Virus record (IMG/VR): IMGVR_UViG_3300035162_004754
Span: 11,040-75,039 of that record
Direction: 5' to 3' (one strand)
DNA from: a virus
DNA length: 64,000 nt
Each line of letters starts with the position of its first letter. The stretch's first letter is position 1. Below the pieces are notes generated by a model. That model searched no databases. It worked only from the letters and a program-made list of their open reading frames with translations, and was not told the origin of the DNA. The position numbers were made by a program, and so were the translations under genes. Positions 19,371-31,300 of the stretch are shown here, piece after piece.

Positions 19371-19494
19371 ACTAACGTGTTAAAGAAATCTCATATCCTT
19401 AACACATCAAAGACAATGTGTTAAGTGTCCCACCACCTCTTTACAAGGGTGGTTTTTTATTGTATACTGAGAGGGTTAGAAACCCTCTTTTTTT

Positions 19495-20193
19495 ATGGAA
19501 GTAATTATAGAAGGCAAGGTCAAAACTGTGTATTCTGGTGACGATGCTGATCGTGTCATCATTGAATATCATGATAAGGTAACTGCTGGTAATGGGGAGA
19601 AGGAAGATCATCCTTTAGGAAAAGGATCCCTTTGCTGTAGTATCTCATCTATTATCTTTGAGAAACTTGCCAAAGAAAATATCCCAACACATTATATTAA
19701 TATGGTTGGTGCTAACAAGATGATCTGTAAGAAAGTAGACATCGTTCCATTAGAAGTTATTTGTCGTAATCGTGCTGCCGGATCTATTGTTCGTGAGACA
19801 ACTCTGACAGAAGGTGCGCCACTACCACAACCGATTGTTGAGTTCTTTTTAAAGGATGATAGTAAGCACGATCCTTTACTTACACCAGACCGTGTGCGTT
19901 TGATGGGATATGATCCTGAGCCTTTCATTGAGATGACATTAAGGATTAATGATTATCTTCGTCAGATGTTTTATATCATGGGCATTGATTTGGTTGATTT
20001 TAAAGTTGAGTATGGTTATGATGCTCATGGTGATTTGTATCTTGCCGATGAGATCAGTCCTGATAGTATGAGACTATGGAGGATTGGTAGTGACGAACGA
20101 TTTGATAAAGATCTATTCCGAAAAGACGAAGGTGATATTGTACCTGCCTATCGTTACATCCTTGACCGACTACAACCACTTGCAATTCAATGA
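19495..20193 (+). CDS. purC: SAICAR synthetase
   Basis: EGKVK, PLEVICRNRAAGS, LVDFKVEYG, LADEISPDSMRLW, DKDLFR. Confidence 0.96.
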   Translation: MEVIIEGKVKTVYSGDDADRVIIEYHDKVTAGNGEKEDHPLGKGSLCCSISSIIFEKLAKENIPTHYINMVGANKMICKKVDIVPLEVICRNRAAGSIVRETTLTEGAPLPQPIVEFFLKDDSKHDPLLTPDRVRLMGYDPEPFIEMTLRINDYLRQMFYIMGIDLVDFKVEYGYDAHGDLYLADEISPDSMRLWRIGSDERFDKDLFRKDEGDIVPAYRYILDRLQPLAIQ

Positions 20194-20426
20194 CCATCAA
20201 AGAAAAGAAAGCACTTATTAAAACACTTGAGAATGCCTACAACACTTGTTTTGATTGTGGACATAAGTATGGAGTTTATTCTGTAGGATGTTCATCTGTG
20301 TATGAATCAAAGTGTGGTGTATGTGGTGAGACAAAACCCATCACAGAAACCAGGGACTTTGGTTATTTCATCACTGGTATTCGTAAACTTAAACTTGAGA
20401 TTCAAAATGAAACACGAAATCCCTGA
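20190..20426 (+). CDS. Hypothetical Zn-finger protein
   Basis: CFDCG and CGVCG pairs. Confidence 0.6.
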   Translation: MTIKEKKALIKTLENAYNTCFDCGHKYGVYSVGCSSVYESKCGVCGETKPITETRDFGYFITGIRKLKLEIQNETRNP

Positions 20427-20679
20427 CATCATTAGAAAGAACTGCTTTGATTGCTTCAAGAGTTTGAATGCTGCTGAGAGAGCAGTTGTTATGTTTGGTG
20501 AGGAAGAGTATCGTAAGTCATTAGACCTTGAGAATGATGATGCTCCCTGTTGGAAGATACCCAGTGAAGAGTCAACAACCTTTGTTGGTTGGAACCCTAT
20601 GTGTATCCCAACAATGGATTACATAGTATGGAAACTAAAACGTCGTGAGCAAATTGCCAGAGGTGAAGTCATTGGATAA
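20407..20679 (+). CDS. Hypothetical protein
   Basis: ATG at 20407 within the listed ORF. Confidence 0.6.
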   Translation: MKHEIPDIIRKNCFDCFKSLNAAERAVVMFGEEEYRKSLDLENDDAPCWKIPSEESTTFVGWNPMCIPTMDYIVWKLKRREQIARGEVIG

Positions 20680-20842
20680 GTTATCAAAAGAAGAGATGAG
20701 GTCTAAGATCAAAGAGTTCTCTGCACTTCTCAAAAGTCAAAGAGAACACTGGGACAAGGAAAATAAGATTGGATTTACATATTCTTGCGATCTAATCTCG
20801 CAATCATTGATTACTTTATACATTCGTTTAGGAAGAGACTGA
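20645..20842 (+). CDS. Hypothetical protein (start uncertain)
   Basis: Stop overlaps the purM ATG. Confidence 0.45.
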   Translation: MSKLPEVKSLDKLSKEEMRSKIKEFSALLKSQREHWDKENKIGFTYSCDLISQSLITLYIRLGRD

Positions 20843-21777
20843 TGGACTACAAGACTTCTGGTGTTGACATTATCAAGGGTAGATCCTTTGTAGAGTATAT
20901 TAAAGCACTGGCACCTAATGTTGGTGGTTTTAATGGAATGATGGAGGTCCCATCAGGATATGAGAAACCTGTATTAGTATCTGGTGCTGATGGTGTCGGA
21001 ACTAAAATTAACATTTGTAGGATTGCTCATGATTACACCACTATTGGCCAGGACCTTGTTGCTATGTGCGTCAATGACGTTATATGTTCTGGTGCTAAAC
21101 CATTATATTTTCTAGATTATATCTCTACTAAATCACTTGATGATAATGTCAGTGATATTGTGTATGGAGTTAATGTTGGTTGTGTGATGGCTGGAATGGA
21201 ATTGCTAGGTGGAGAAACTGCCGAACATTTTAGAGCAACTGATTATGACCTTGCTGGTTTCTGCACTGGTATTGTAGAGAAGAACCAGATTATTGATGGT
21301 AGTGAAATGTGGCCGGGTGATGTAGTCATTGGTATTGAGAGTAGTGGTCTTCATAGTAATGGATACACACTGGTCAATGATATGCTGTGGCGAAATTATA
21401 TTTACTATAAGGAGATGCCGGAACTGTTGGTGCCAACCACCATCTATGCCCGTCTCATTCAGCACCTGTTGGACGAAGTTCCTATCCTAGGAATGGCACA
21501 TATTACTGGAGGAGGACTGCCTGAGAACCTCCCACGATGCCTTCCAGAGCATCTGACTGTCGATGTTGATTGGTCTGCTTGGGAACGACCGGAACTCTTT
21601 AACAAGATACAGGAGGCAGGAGAGATTGCCGAGGAGGAGATGAGAAATGTATTCAACTGTGGTATTGGATTCTGTTTAGTTGTGCCACCAGATGCAGTAG
21701 AATTGGTCCAGAATTTTATTGCCGATACTCCATTTGGTATGAGGTCTTGGAACATTGGAACTGTTAGAAACAAATGA
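20842..21777 (+). CDS. purM: AIR synthase
   Basis: MDYKTSGVDI, ADGVGTK, DLVAMCVND, GGETAE, SSGLHSNGY, HITGGGL, FNCGIG. Confidence 0.96.
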   Translation: MDYKTSGVDIIKGRSFVEYIKALAPNVGGFNGMMEVPSGYEKPVLVSGADGVGTKINICRIAHDYTTIGQDLVAMCVNDVICSGAKPLYFLDYISTKSLDDNVSDIVYGVNVGCVMAGMELLGGETAEHFRATDYDLAGFCTGIVEKNQIIDGSEMWPGDVVIGIESSGLHSNGYTLVNDMLWRNYIYYKEMPELLVPTTIYARLIQHLLDEVPILGMAHITGGGLPENLPRCLPEHLTVDVDWSAWERPELFNKIQEAGEIAEEEMRNVFNCGIGFCLVVPPDAVELVQNFIADTPFGMRSWNIGTVRNK

Positions 21778-22278
21778 GTGGATATTATGGAAGTTAATCA
21801 ACAGTATTATAAGTATTGGAAGGACATTTGGAGTTCTCAATCTGAAGAAGTATTAGATGCGACTGCACTTATTCGTGTTGTGGAATGCACGAATGGATGT
21901 GTACAACATGCATTTAGAGATGGTGATGAGAGAGCATTGTCTGTCGAACAGAGTCGAGAGTGTATGAAACTTTCGATGGGAACAATTAAAAATAAAGTAT
22001 TGCCATTGCCTGATGGAAGAACTAAGGTTATTCTTCCAGAAGAATGTCATGAGATTATGAATACTGCACGGGATTTATATGTTCGTGGATTTAAGCAAGG
22101 AGATGAAGAAGCACTCGAAGAATTTTTTGCATTATCAAAGGCACACTTCCAAGTATTAGGTCGCAAACTTATTGATGAGAAGTTTAGATTTTTTGCGGAA
22201 CATTTTGAGGATATGTTCACTTCATATTGGATTATGATGGGAAGAATGTATATCTATGATATGGGTGAGTTTATCTAA
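21778..22278 (+). CDS. Hypothetical protein
   Basis: 166-aa ORF in operon. Confidence 0.65.
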   Translation: MDIMEVNQQYYKYWKDIWSSQSEEVLDATALIRVVECTNGCVQHAFRDGDERALSVEQSRECMKLSMGTIKNKVLPLPDGRTKVILPEECHEIMNTARDLYVRGFKQGDEEALEEFFALSKAHFQVLGRKLIDEKFRFFAEHFEDMFTSYWIMMGRMYIYDMGEFI

Positions 22279-22301
22279 ATAATCGTAAGACGCAATCTTT
22301 T

Positions 22302-22673
22302 ATGCCTCTCTACAATTCTCCTCAAGCCTATGTCTTCAACCTCCAAACAACAAGTTCTGCAGAAGCAAAAAGGTTATGGAGGTCAAAGATAAAGGAAGAG
22401 TGGGGATATGAGTGTGCCTATTGTGGATCGCAAGATAATCTTACGATAGATCATATTGTTCCAAAGGCAAAGGGTGGACCAGAGTTTACAAAAAATCTTT
22501 TGTGTGCCTGCCATGATTGTAATCAAGATAAAGCATATTCTCCTATGGAAGATTGGTATCTTTCGCAGGAGTTTTTTAATGTTGATCGATACGAGAAAAT
22601 TAAGAAGTGGATGGAACCAGAACCGGCAGTGAATCTTTATCGGTATGGTTCTAGAAGAAACAACCTATTATAA
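22302..22673 (+). CDS. HNH endonuclease
   Basis: [30 protein letters not shown]. Confidence 0.9.
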   Translation: MPLYNSPQAYVFNLQTTSSAEAKRLWRSKIKEEWGYECAYCGSQDNLTIDHIVPKAKGGPEFTKNLLCACHDCNQDKAYSPMEDWYLSQEFFNVDRYEKIKKWMEPEPAVNLYRYGSRRNNLL

Positions 22674-22732
22674 ATAAATGAAAAAGGACAGTATATACTG
22701 TTCTGAAACGGTACATACCGATAGAAGAATAG

Positions 22733-24958
22733 ATGGCCACTCCGATTAGGATTAAAAGGTCAGCGGTTGCTGGCAAGAAACCAACAGATGGACAGTTACA
22801 GTTAGGTGAATTAGCTGTAAACTTTTATGATGGTAAAATTTTCCTGAAGCAGGATACTGGTGGAGTTGGTGTTGGAACAAGAATTGTAGAAGTTGGTGCA
22901 GGAAACACTACATTTGCAGGTAAGACTTTATTTGTTACTGAAAATGGTAATGATGATAATACTGGGTTAGATGATAATAATGCAAAGGCAACAATTAAAG
23001 CAGCAGTGGCACTTGCATCTCCTGGTGATACTGTAAAAGTATTTCCTGGAACTTATACTGAAAATAATCCAATCAATCTTCCAGATAATGTTTCTGTAGA
23101 AGGAACAGAACTTCGTCGTTGTCTGGTTGCACCACAAAATACAAATACTGATTTATTTTATGTAAGTCAAGGATGTCATGTTACTGACTTGAGTTTTGTC
23201 GGTGGTCCAATGACGAATGGTGCAGCAGTTATTGCACTCAGACCACTTGTTGGTGTATCTTCTGATAGATTTTTTGATGCCGCAAGAATTATTCGTGCAA
23301 ATTTAGATTTTATTGCGAAAGAAGCAGTAGGTTATATAACAAGTACGGATTATAAAAATCCTGCTATTACAATTGATTCGATAAATTGTGCTGATGATGT
23401 TAAAGATATCTACAAAGCAGTTTGTCATGATATTACCAGAGGTGGTAATTCCAAATCTATTGGAGCAGGTAAATCATACTTTGATATCAACGGGAATTTA
23501 GATCATATTGTTGGCTTTGGTGCAACAACAATTGATGTACTTGATTATTCTATTGGTATTGCTCGTTCTTGTATCAATAATATTACTTGGAATGGTGGAT
23601 ACCAATCGACTTATACTCAGATAAAAGATGTAAGTATTCAGGCAGAAGGTGGATCATATGGTATAGGAAACTGTGCCAATGTGAATTCTGCGATTACAGT
23701 TTGTGTTGGTATTGTAACTGGAATTATTCAGAATGGTATTAGTGGAAACCCTGCAACAACCGGATTCACTACAAACTTCCCTGGTAATAGTGGAACAATC
23801 AACTCTGGTATCTTAACTTCATCTCTTAGTCCATTACAAGGAACCGGTATTATTACAAAAGGTCCTTACATAAGAAACTGTACCAATTTCATTCAGGATA
23901 GTATTGGTGCTAAGGTTGATGGTTTTAATGCCGATGAAGGAGATAAGATAAGCACGATAGGAGTTCAGGGTTCATTTAATATTGATTCTTATACACAATT
24001 TAATCAAGGTGGCATTGGAGTTTCAGTAACTAATGGTGCTTATGCTCAATTAGTGTCACTCTTTACTATCTGTGATGATATTGCAGTTTATACTGCCAAT
24101 GGTGGTCAATGCGATTTAACGAACTCTAATTCATCATTCGGAACTAAAGGATTAGTTGCCGAAGGTGTTGGTGATGAGACTTCTAAGTGTAATGATCGTT
24201 ATACTGGAACTGTAAGTTCTACTGCAGCAGTAGGTCAAAATCTAGTTGTCGTTTCTGGTGTAGGAAATAATCGTCCTTATGATGGACAGGCAGTTTATTT
24301 TGATCGTAAGTATTTTATTGTGAGTGATATTAAGGTTACGAATGGTGGTTCTGGATATACTTCACCACCAATTGTAAGTATTGATGCTCCAACAGGACCT
24401 GGTGTTGCTGTTCCTGCACAAGCTATAGCAACTATTGAAAATGGTGCTGTTACTGTTGTCACTGTAAGAAGTGCGGGATCACAATATGAAAGTGTTCCTA
24501 ATGTTACTTTCAGTGGTGGTGGAGGATCAAGTGCTGCTGCTACGGCAGAGACTGATACAATTTATTATGATGTTCTTGAGGCAACTGAACCATCTGCAGG
24601 TATCACAACTATTAGTTTGGTACAAAATCTAAATAATGAAGTTGGAGTTGGTTTCACATCATTCTTTGCCAGACAGAGTTTTCAACTTGTAAGTTCGCAA
24701 TCTTTTCAATACATTGGTTCCGGTAACACAATTGAAACTGCATATCCATCGAGAGGTGGAGTGACTATACAAGCTAATGAGATCATAACTACTGATGGTG
24801 GAAGAATTAATTATACCAGCACAGATCAAAGAGGTAACTTTAGGATTGGTGATGGTGTTTTAATTGATCAAACAACTGGAAATATATCCGGTGATGTTTA
24901 CATTAAAAGTTTATTCACGCAAGTGACACCATTCATTCTTGCCTTAGGAGGAGATTAA
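22733..24958 (+). CDS. Virion structural / tail-fibre-associated protein
   Basis: IRIKRS..GELAVN N-terminal fibre motif, beta-helix-like region, GGSGYTSPP repeats; ATAAAT upstream. Confidence 0.7.
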   Translation: MATPIRIKRSAVAGKKPTDGQLQLGELAVNFYDGKIFLKQDTGGVGVGTRIVEVGAGNTTFAGKTLFVTENGNDDNTGLDDNNAKATIKAAVALASPGDTVKVFPGTYTENNPINLPDNVSVEGTELRRCLVAPQNTNTDLFYVSQGCHVTDLSFVGGPMTNGAAVIALRPLVGVSSDRFFDAARIIRANLDFIAKEAVGYITSTDYKNPAITIDSINCADDVKDIYKAVCHDITRGGNSKSIGAGKSYFDINGNLDHIVGFGATTIDVLDYSIGIARSCINNITWNGGYQSTYTQIKDVSIQAEGGSYGIGNCANVNSAITVCVGIVTGIIQNGISGNPATTGFTTNFPGNSGTINSGILTSSLSPLQGTGIITKGPYIRNCTNFIQDSIGAKVDGFNADEGDKISTIGVQGSFNIDSYTQFNQGGIGVSVTNGAYAQLVSLFTICDDIAVYTANGGQCDLTNSNSSFGTKGLVAEGVGDETSKCNDRYTGTVSSTAAVGQNLVVVSGVGNNRPYDGQAVYFDRKYFIVSDIKVTNGGSGYTSPPIVSIDAPTGPGVAVPAQAIATIENGAVTVVTVRSAGSQYESVPNVTFSGGGGSSAAATAETDTIYYDVLEATEPSAGITTISLVQNLNNEVGVGFTSFFARQSFQLVSSQSFQYIGSGNTIETAYPSRGGVTIQANEIITTDGGRINYTSTDQRGNFRIGDGVLIDQTTGNISGDVYIKSLFTQVTPFILALGGD

Positions 24959-24962
24959 TCAA

Positions 24963-25304
24963 ATGGCAGTTGCAGCAGCAGCAGTAAATGTATTCCAAAC
25001 TGTTACAAATATAGTTGGAACAAGTACAGTCGGAATTTATACAGCACCCATTGGATATACGGGGGTTGTTCTTCTGGCACAAGTAACTAATATTGGGTCA
25101 TCGACTCAAACACTTAGTTTTGGTCATCGTAGAAGTGGAACAGATACTGAGATTGTTAAGAATTTAGCAATTCCGGCAAGTGACACAGCAAATTTATTGC
25201 CAGGAAAACTGGTTGTAGAAACTGGTGACATATTGACTACGGTTGGTAGCACTTCTACTGATCTTAAATTTTTATCGAGCATTCTGGAAACATCAAATCT
25301 CTAA
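24963..25304 (+). CDS. Small virion structural protein (beta-sandwich-like)
   Basis: IYTAP..AQVTN..KLVVETGD pattern; lies between fibre genes. Confidence 0.6.
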   Translation: MAVAAAAVNVFQTVTNIVGTSTVGIYTAPIGYTGVVLLAQVTNIGSSTQTLSFGHRRSGTDTEIVKNLAIPASDTANLLPGKLVVETGDILTTVGSTSTDLKFLSSILETSNL

Positions 25305-25321
25305 TATTTTAAAGTAGTAAA

Positions 25322-28300
25322 ATGGCATCACCAACACGGTTTCTTAGTGGTAGACAGCAAGAACAAAAAATTGGTATAGAAGGAAGTACTGATAACAAAA
25401 AAGTATTGGAGGTTGTCGGCCGAGTTGGTATTGGAACAACTATCTTTGAGACGAGAACAGAACTAGACGTTCGTGGTAATGCAGTTGTTAGTGGTATATT
25501 AACAGTAGGTGATATAGTAGTTTCATCTGGTGTTGGTGGTGTCTTTGCGATAGAGAAATTAAGGGTAACAGGTATATCAACTTTTGTTGATATAGGTACA
25601 TTTGAAAATAATCTTTTTGTTGGTGGTGATCTAGACGTAGATGGTCATACTGAACTCGACGATGTAAATGTATCTGGTGCCTCAACCTTCACTGGTGCCA
25701 TTGATGCCAATGGGTCTTTAGATGTTAATGGATTAACTGAACTCGACGATGTAAATGTATCTGGTGCCTCAACCTTCACTGGTGCAATTGATGCCAATGG
25801 TGATCTAGATGTTGATGGTCATACTGAACTTGATAACTTAAATGTATCAGGTGTTTCTACCTTCACTGGTGCCATTGATGCCAATGGGTCTTTAGATGTT
25901 GATGGATTAACTGAACTCGATGATGTAAATGTATCTGGTGCCTCAACCTTCACTGGTATTGGAACATTTTTAAGTGATCTTTTTGTTGCTGGTGACTTAA
26001 ATGTTGTTGGAGATTTAGTATTTGACTCATTCACCGCAAGAAAAATTACTGTAAATGAGAATTCCTTTCTTGGATTTGCGAGCGCTACTACATTAAATGT
26101 ATCAGGTGTTTCTACCTTCACTGGTGCCATTGATGCCAATGGGTCTTTAGATGTAGATGGTCATACCGAATTAGATGATCTTAATGTTTCCGGAGTATCC
26201 ACCTTTGCTTCTGCGATTGTCGGTTCTGCCGTAACAATAAGTTCTTCTGGTATTAACGTTGCTGCTGGTATTATTACGGGAACTCTTGATAATAATTTAA
26301 CACTTAATACTTCCGGAACTGGATTAAGTGGAATTGCAACTTATAATAATTCTGGTGTAGTTACATTTACAGTTGCATCAAATGCTACGGATGCTAATAC
26401 TGCAAGCACAATAGTTTCTCGTAATGGATCGGGTAACTTTAGTGCAGGAACAATCAGTGCTGATTTAACTGGTGTTGCTTCTACTGCAACTAAATTAGCA
26501 ACCGCAAGAACATTTGAATTAACCGGAGATGTTGTTGCTTCTCAGATTAGTTTTGATGGTACTGGTAATGTATCTTTAGCGGCAACAATCCAACCTAACC
26601 CAACAATTAGTGGAAATGTAACTATTGGTAATGACTTACAAGTTAATAATAATTTAAATGTATCAGGAAATATTACGGTTGGTGGAACTTCTGCCACATT
26701 ATTTACTGAAACATTAAGAGTAAAAGATGCTGATATTGTTCTTGGATTCACTACTAATTCTGCTGGTAATGAGGTTTCTACCGACACTACGGCAAATAAT
26801 GGTGGTATTGCGATTGCATCAACAGAAGGATCTCCAATCGTTAGTTTTAATGTTGATAATATTCCTTCCACATATAAAAATATTATGTGGTTTAAGACCA
26901 ATGCTTTTACTGGTCTGAATACCGATGCTTGGTTGACAAACTATGCATTTGGTGTTGGAACAACATCAATGTCGGCAGGCACTAAGTTTGCCGTTGGTAA
27001 TATTGAGGCAGACTTTGATGATATTACATCTGTCAGACATATTAAATCATCTGGTATTGTTACCGCATCAAGTTTTAGTGGTGATGGATCTGGATTGTTT
27101 GGAATTTCTGCTGGAACTGTTTTTGCAGAAAATTCTGCCAATCAATCTCAGACTATTCCTTTTTATGTCTCCACTGCAACTACTGATGTTGCCGGTGTTT
27201 CGACACAAAGTTTTGTATTCAATCCATCAACTAAAAGTCTTGGCATAGGAACAGATGCTCCGACATCAAATCTTCATGTTGAAGGTACATTGAATATATC
27301 AGGTGTCTCAACCTTTAGTAATAATATAGATGCTAATGGTGATCTAGACGTAGATGGTCATACTGAACTCGACGATGTAAATGTATCTGGTGCCTCAACC
27401 TTCACTGGTGCCATTGATGCCAATGGGTCTTTAGATGTTAATGGATTAACTGAACTCGATGATGTAAATGTATCTGGTGCTTCTACTTTTGCTGGTGCTG
27501 CCGACTTTAATGGTGATTTAGATGTTGATGGTCATACTGAACTAGACAACTTAAATGTATCGGGTGTTTCTACCTTTGCTTCTGCAGTTAATATCAATTC
27601 CGATTTAGATGTAGACGGACATACCGAACTTGATAACGTAAATGTATCAGGTGTTTCTACTTTTAGTGATGATGTAAGATTTGTTGGTGCTGCTAATACT
27701 GATGTTGTATGGGATAAGTCTGCAAATTCATTAAACTTTGAAGATTATGCAAAAGCAACATTTGGTGATGGTGGAGATTTAACTATTACTCATAGTAGTA
27801 ATCAAAGTTCTATTTCTGAATCTGGTGGTAATGGACTCGAAGTTAAGAGTGTTAAGGTTACTATTACTCCTAATGGTAGCACAGAAAAAATGGCAGAGTT
27901 CAATGCCAATTCTTCGGTAGAGCTCTACTTTGATGACTCTAAGAAATTAGAAACTACCGGGTATGGTATAACTGTTACTGGCGATGTTAATACTTCTAAT
28001 AATATTAGTATTGCTGGTGTTTCTACTTTTGCTGGTGCCATTGATGCCAATGGGTCTTTAGATGTTGATGGTCATACTGAACTAGACAACTTAAATGTAT
28101 CGGGTGTTTCGACCTTTGCTGGTGCAATTGATGCCAATGGGTCTTTAGATGTAGATGGACATACTGAACTTGATAACGTAAATGTATCAGGTGTTTCTAC
28201 CTTCACTGGTGCAATTGATGCCAATGGGTCTTTAGATGTTGATGGTCATACTGAACTTGATAACGTAAATGTATCAGGAGTTTCGACTTTTGCTGGTAGT

Positions 28301-31300
28301 ATAGATGCTAATGGGTCTTTAGACGTAGATGGTCATACTGAATTGGATGACCTCAATGTATCAGGTGTTTCGACCTTTGCTTCTGCGATTGTTGGTTCTG
28401 CCGTAACAATAAGTTCTTCTGGTATCAATGCTGCTACTGGTATTATAACTGCATCTTCTTTAGATGCTGCAATTTCCGAATGGGTATTAGGTGCCGATGG
28501 AACAGATAATTATACGTTTAGTGGACCTGGATTTACCGGTGCCGAAAATGATCCTACAATTTATGTGGTAAGAGGTCAAAAATATAACTTTGAAAATAAA
28601 ATGGGTGCCCATCCATTTAGAATTCAAAGCGATCCAAATGGATCTACAGGAACGCAATATAATGATGGAATAACTAATAATGATGTATCAAATGGAACTC
28701 TAGTATGGGATGTTCAGTTTGATGCTCCAGAAATTCTTTATTATCAATGTACATCTCATGCTAACATGGGGGGTAGAATTTACACAAGAAGTGATGCTGA
28801 AGATTCGATAAGTTTCGAAACTATTATTGTAGGTGGTGGTACTACAATTACTGGATCTGGTATCAATGCTCCTACTGGTATTATAACTGCTTCTACTTTC
28901 AGTGGTTCTGGTGCATCATTAACTTCAATTCCTAATGGAGCACTAACAAACTCTAGTATTGCTATTGGTGGAGTAACTGTATCTCTTGGTGGTACTGATG
29001 CAACACCGGCATTTGACTTAAGTGATGCTACTGATTATCCTTATACATCATTGACGGGTATTACTACCGAAATCTTAGGTGATACTACTCCACAGTTGGG
29101 TGGGAACTTAGATCTTAATAGTAAGTTTATAACCGGAACAGGTGGTATTAATGTTTCTGGTGTTGTAACTGCTACTACTTTCTCTGGTTCTGGAGCATCA
29201 CTTACTAATATTCCTAATGGAGCACTAACAAACTCTAGTATTGCTATTGGTGGAGTAACTGTATCTCTTGGTGGTACTGATGCAACACCAGCATTTGACT
29301 TAAGTGATGCTACTGCTTATCCTTATACATCATTGACGGGTATCACTACCGAAATCTTAGGTGATACTACTCCACAGTTGGGTGGGAACTTAGATCTTAA
29401 TAGTAAGTTTATAACCGGAACTGGTGGAGTCAATGTTACTGGTGTTGTAACTGCTACTTCTTTTGTTGGTAATGTAACTGGTGTTGCTTCTACTGCAACT
29501 AAATTAGCAACCGCAAGAACATTTGAATTAACCGGAGATGTTGTTGCTTCTCAGATTAGTTTTGATGGTACTGGTAATGTATCTTTAGCGGCAACAATCC
29601 AACCTAATAGTGTTGCTCTTGGTGGTGACACTACTGGTGATTATGTTGAGTCCATTAGTGGAACCGGAAATCAAATAACAGTAAGTAGTGGGACAGGAGA
29701 AGGTTCAACACCTGTAATTTCGATTCCAAATAACCCAACACTTCCGGGAACAACTGTTACTGTTACAACTGACTTACAAGTCAACCGCAATTTAAATGTT
29801 ACTGGGAACGTAACAATTGGTGGTACTTCTGCTACATTATTTACTGAAACTTTAAAGATTAGTGACCCGGATATTATTGTTGGATTTAGAACTGATGCTG
29901 GTGGTAATGATATTTCAAATGACACTACTGCAAGTCATGGTGGTATTGCCGTTGCATCAACAGAAGGAAGTCCCATAGTAAGTTTTGTTGGTGGTGGTGG
30001 AACAGTTCCTGTCACATATAAAAAGATCTTTTGGTTTGAGTCTGGTGCTTTTACTGGACTTGCTACTGATGCTTGGTTGACAAATTATGCATTTGGTGTT
30101 GGAACAACATCAATGTCGGCAGGCACTAAGTTTGCCGTTGGTAATATTGAGACAGACTTTGATGATATTAAGTCTGTTAGGCACATCAATTCATCGGGTG
30201 TTGTAACTGCCACTACTTTCTCTGGTTCTGGTGCATCATTAACTTCAATTCCTAATGGAGCACTAACAAACAATAGTGTTAATTATGGTGGAGTAACTGT
30301 ATCTCTTGGTGGTACTGATGCAACACCAGCATTTGACTTGAGTGATGCTACTGCGTATCCCTATACTAGTCTTACTGGTATTACTACAGAAATTGTAGGT
30401 GATACTACTCCACAGTTAGGTGGAAACTTAGATCTTAATAGTAAGTTTATAACCGGAACTGGTGGAGTCAATGTTACTGGTGTTGTAACTGCCACTTCTT
30501 TCAGTGGTTCTGGTGCTAGTTTAACTGGAATTACTGCTGCTTCCATAGGTGCTTTGTCTGGTCTTACTATAAGAGAAGAAGGATCTGTAGCTGGATCTGC
30601 AAGTAGTGTTGGTGATATTAATTTTGTAAGTAGTAATTTAACAGCAACAGCATCTGGTATTGGTGCTACCGTTACATTATCAGATACCCCAACATTTACT
30701 AGCACTGTTATTGGAACTGGGGTTACTATTAATTCTTCCGGTATTAATGCCACTGGAGTTATAACTGCCACATCATTTAGTGGTTCTGGTGCAAACCTTA
30801 CCAACATTCCTGCTCCAGATGTAGTTACTGGTGATAAGTATAATACTGGAATTACAACATCAATTTATGTTTCAATTACTGGTGGTATTGGAACGGCAGT
30901 GTCCGGACTTACTACAGTTGCAGCAAACAATGATATCTTTATTGGTCCTGGAATTGGATATTCATTCCCATCAACTGCGGGTAAGAGTTATATAATTGAA
31001 TCTATTCATGTAACAAACATTTATAATACGCACCTTTATCTCACTTCAAGACATGATTTTAATGGTGGTGAAAATGTTCCAACTGCACAAAGAGTCATAG
31101 TTCCCTATCAAGGTGCTTTGGAAGTCCTAGAAGAACCAATCATTGCGAAACCATCAGATATTTTAAGATTTCAGGCATTTGCTGGTATAGGAGAAACTAG
31201 TGGAGTAGGACCAGAAGCAGTTGGAGTTAATAATGGATTGGATTCATTCATAACTTATTCTGAAAAAACTGATACTAATTTTATTGGAACTGGAAAAACG

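Noticed and set aside
13059-21777. Cyanobacterial chromosome origin of the photosynthesis and purine genes
   Set aside because: Embedded among T4-like core genes, with TAAATA late motifs and phage-type talC
25627-28385. Iron-binding HxH fibre motifs
   Set aside because: Repeats contain GHTE (single His), not HxH
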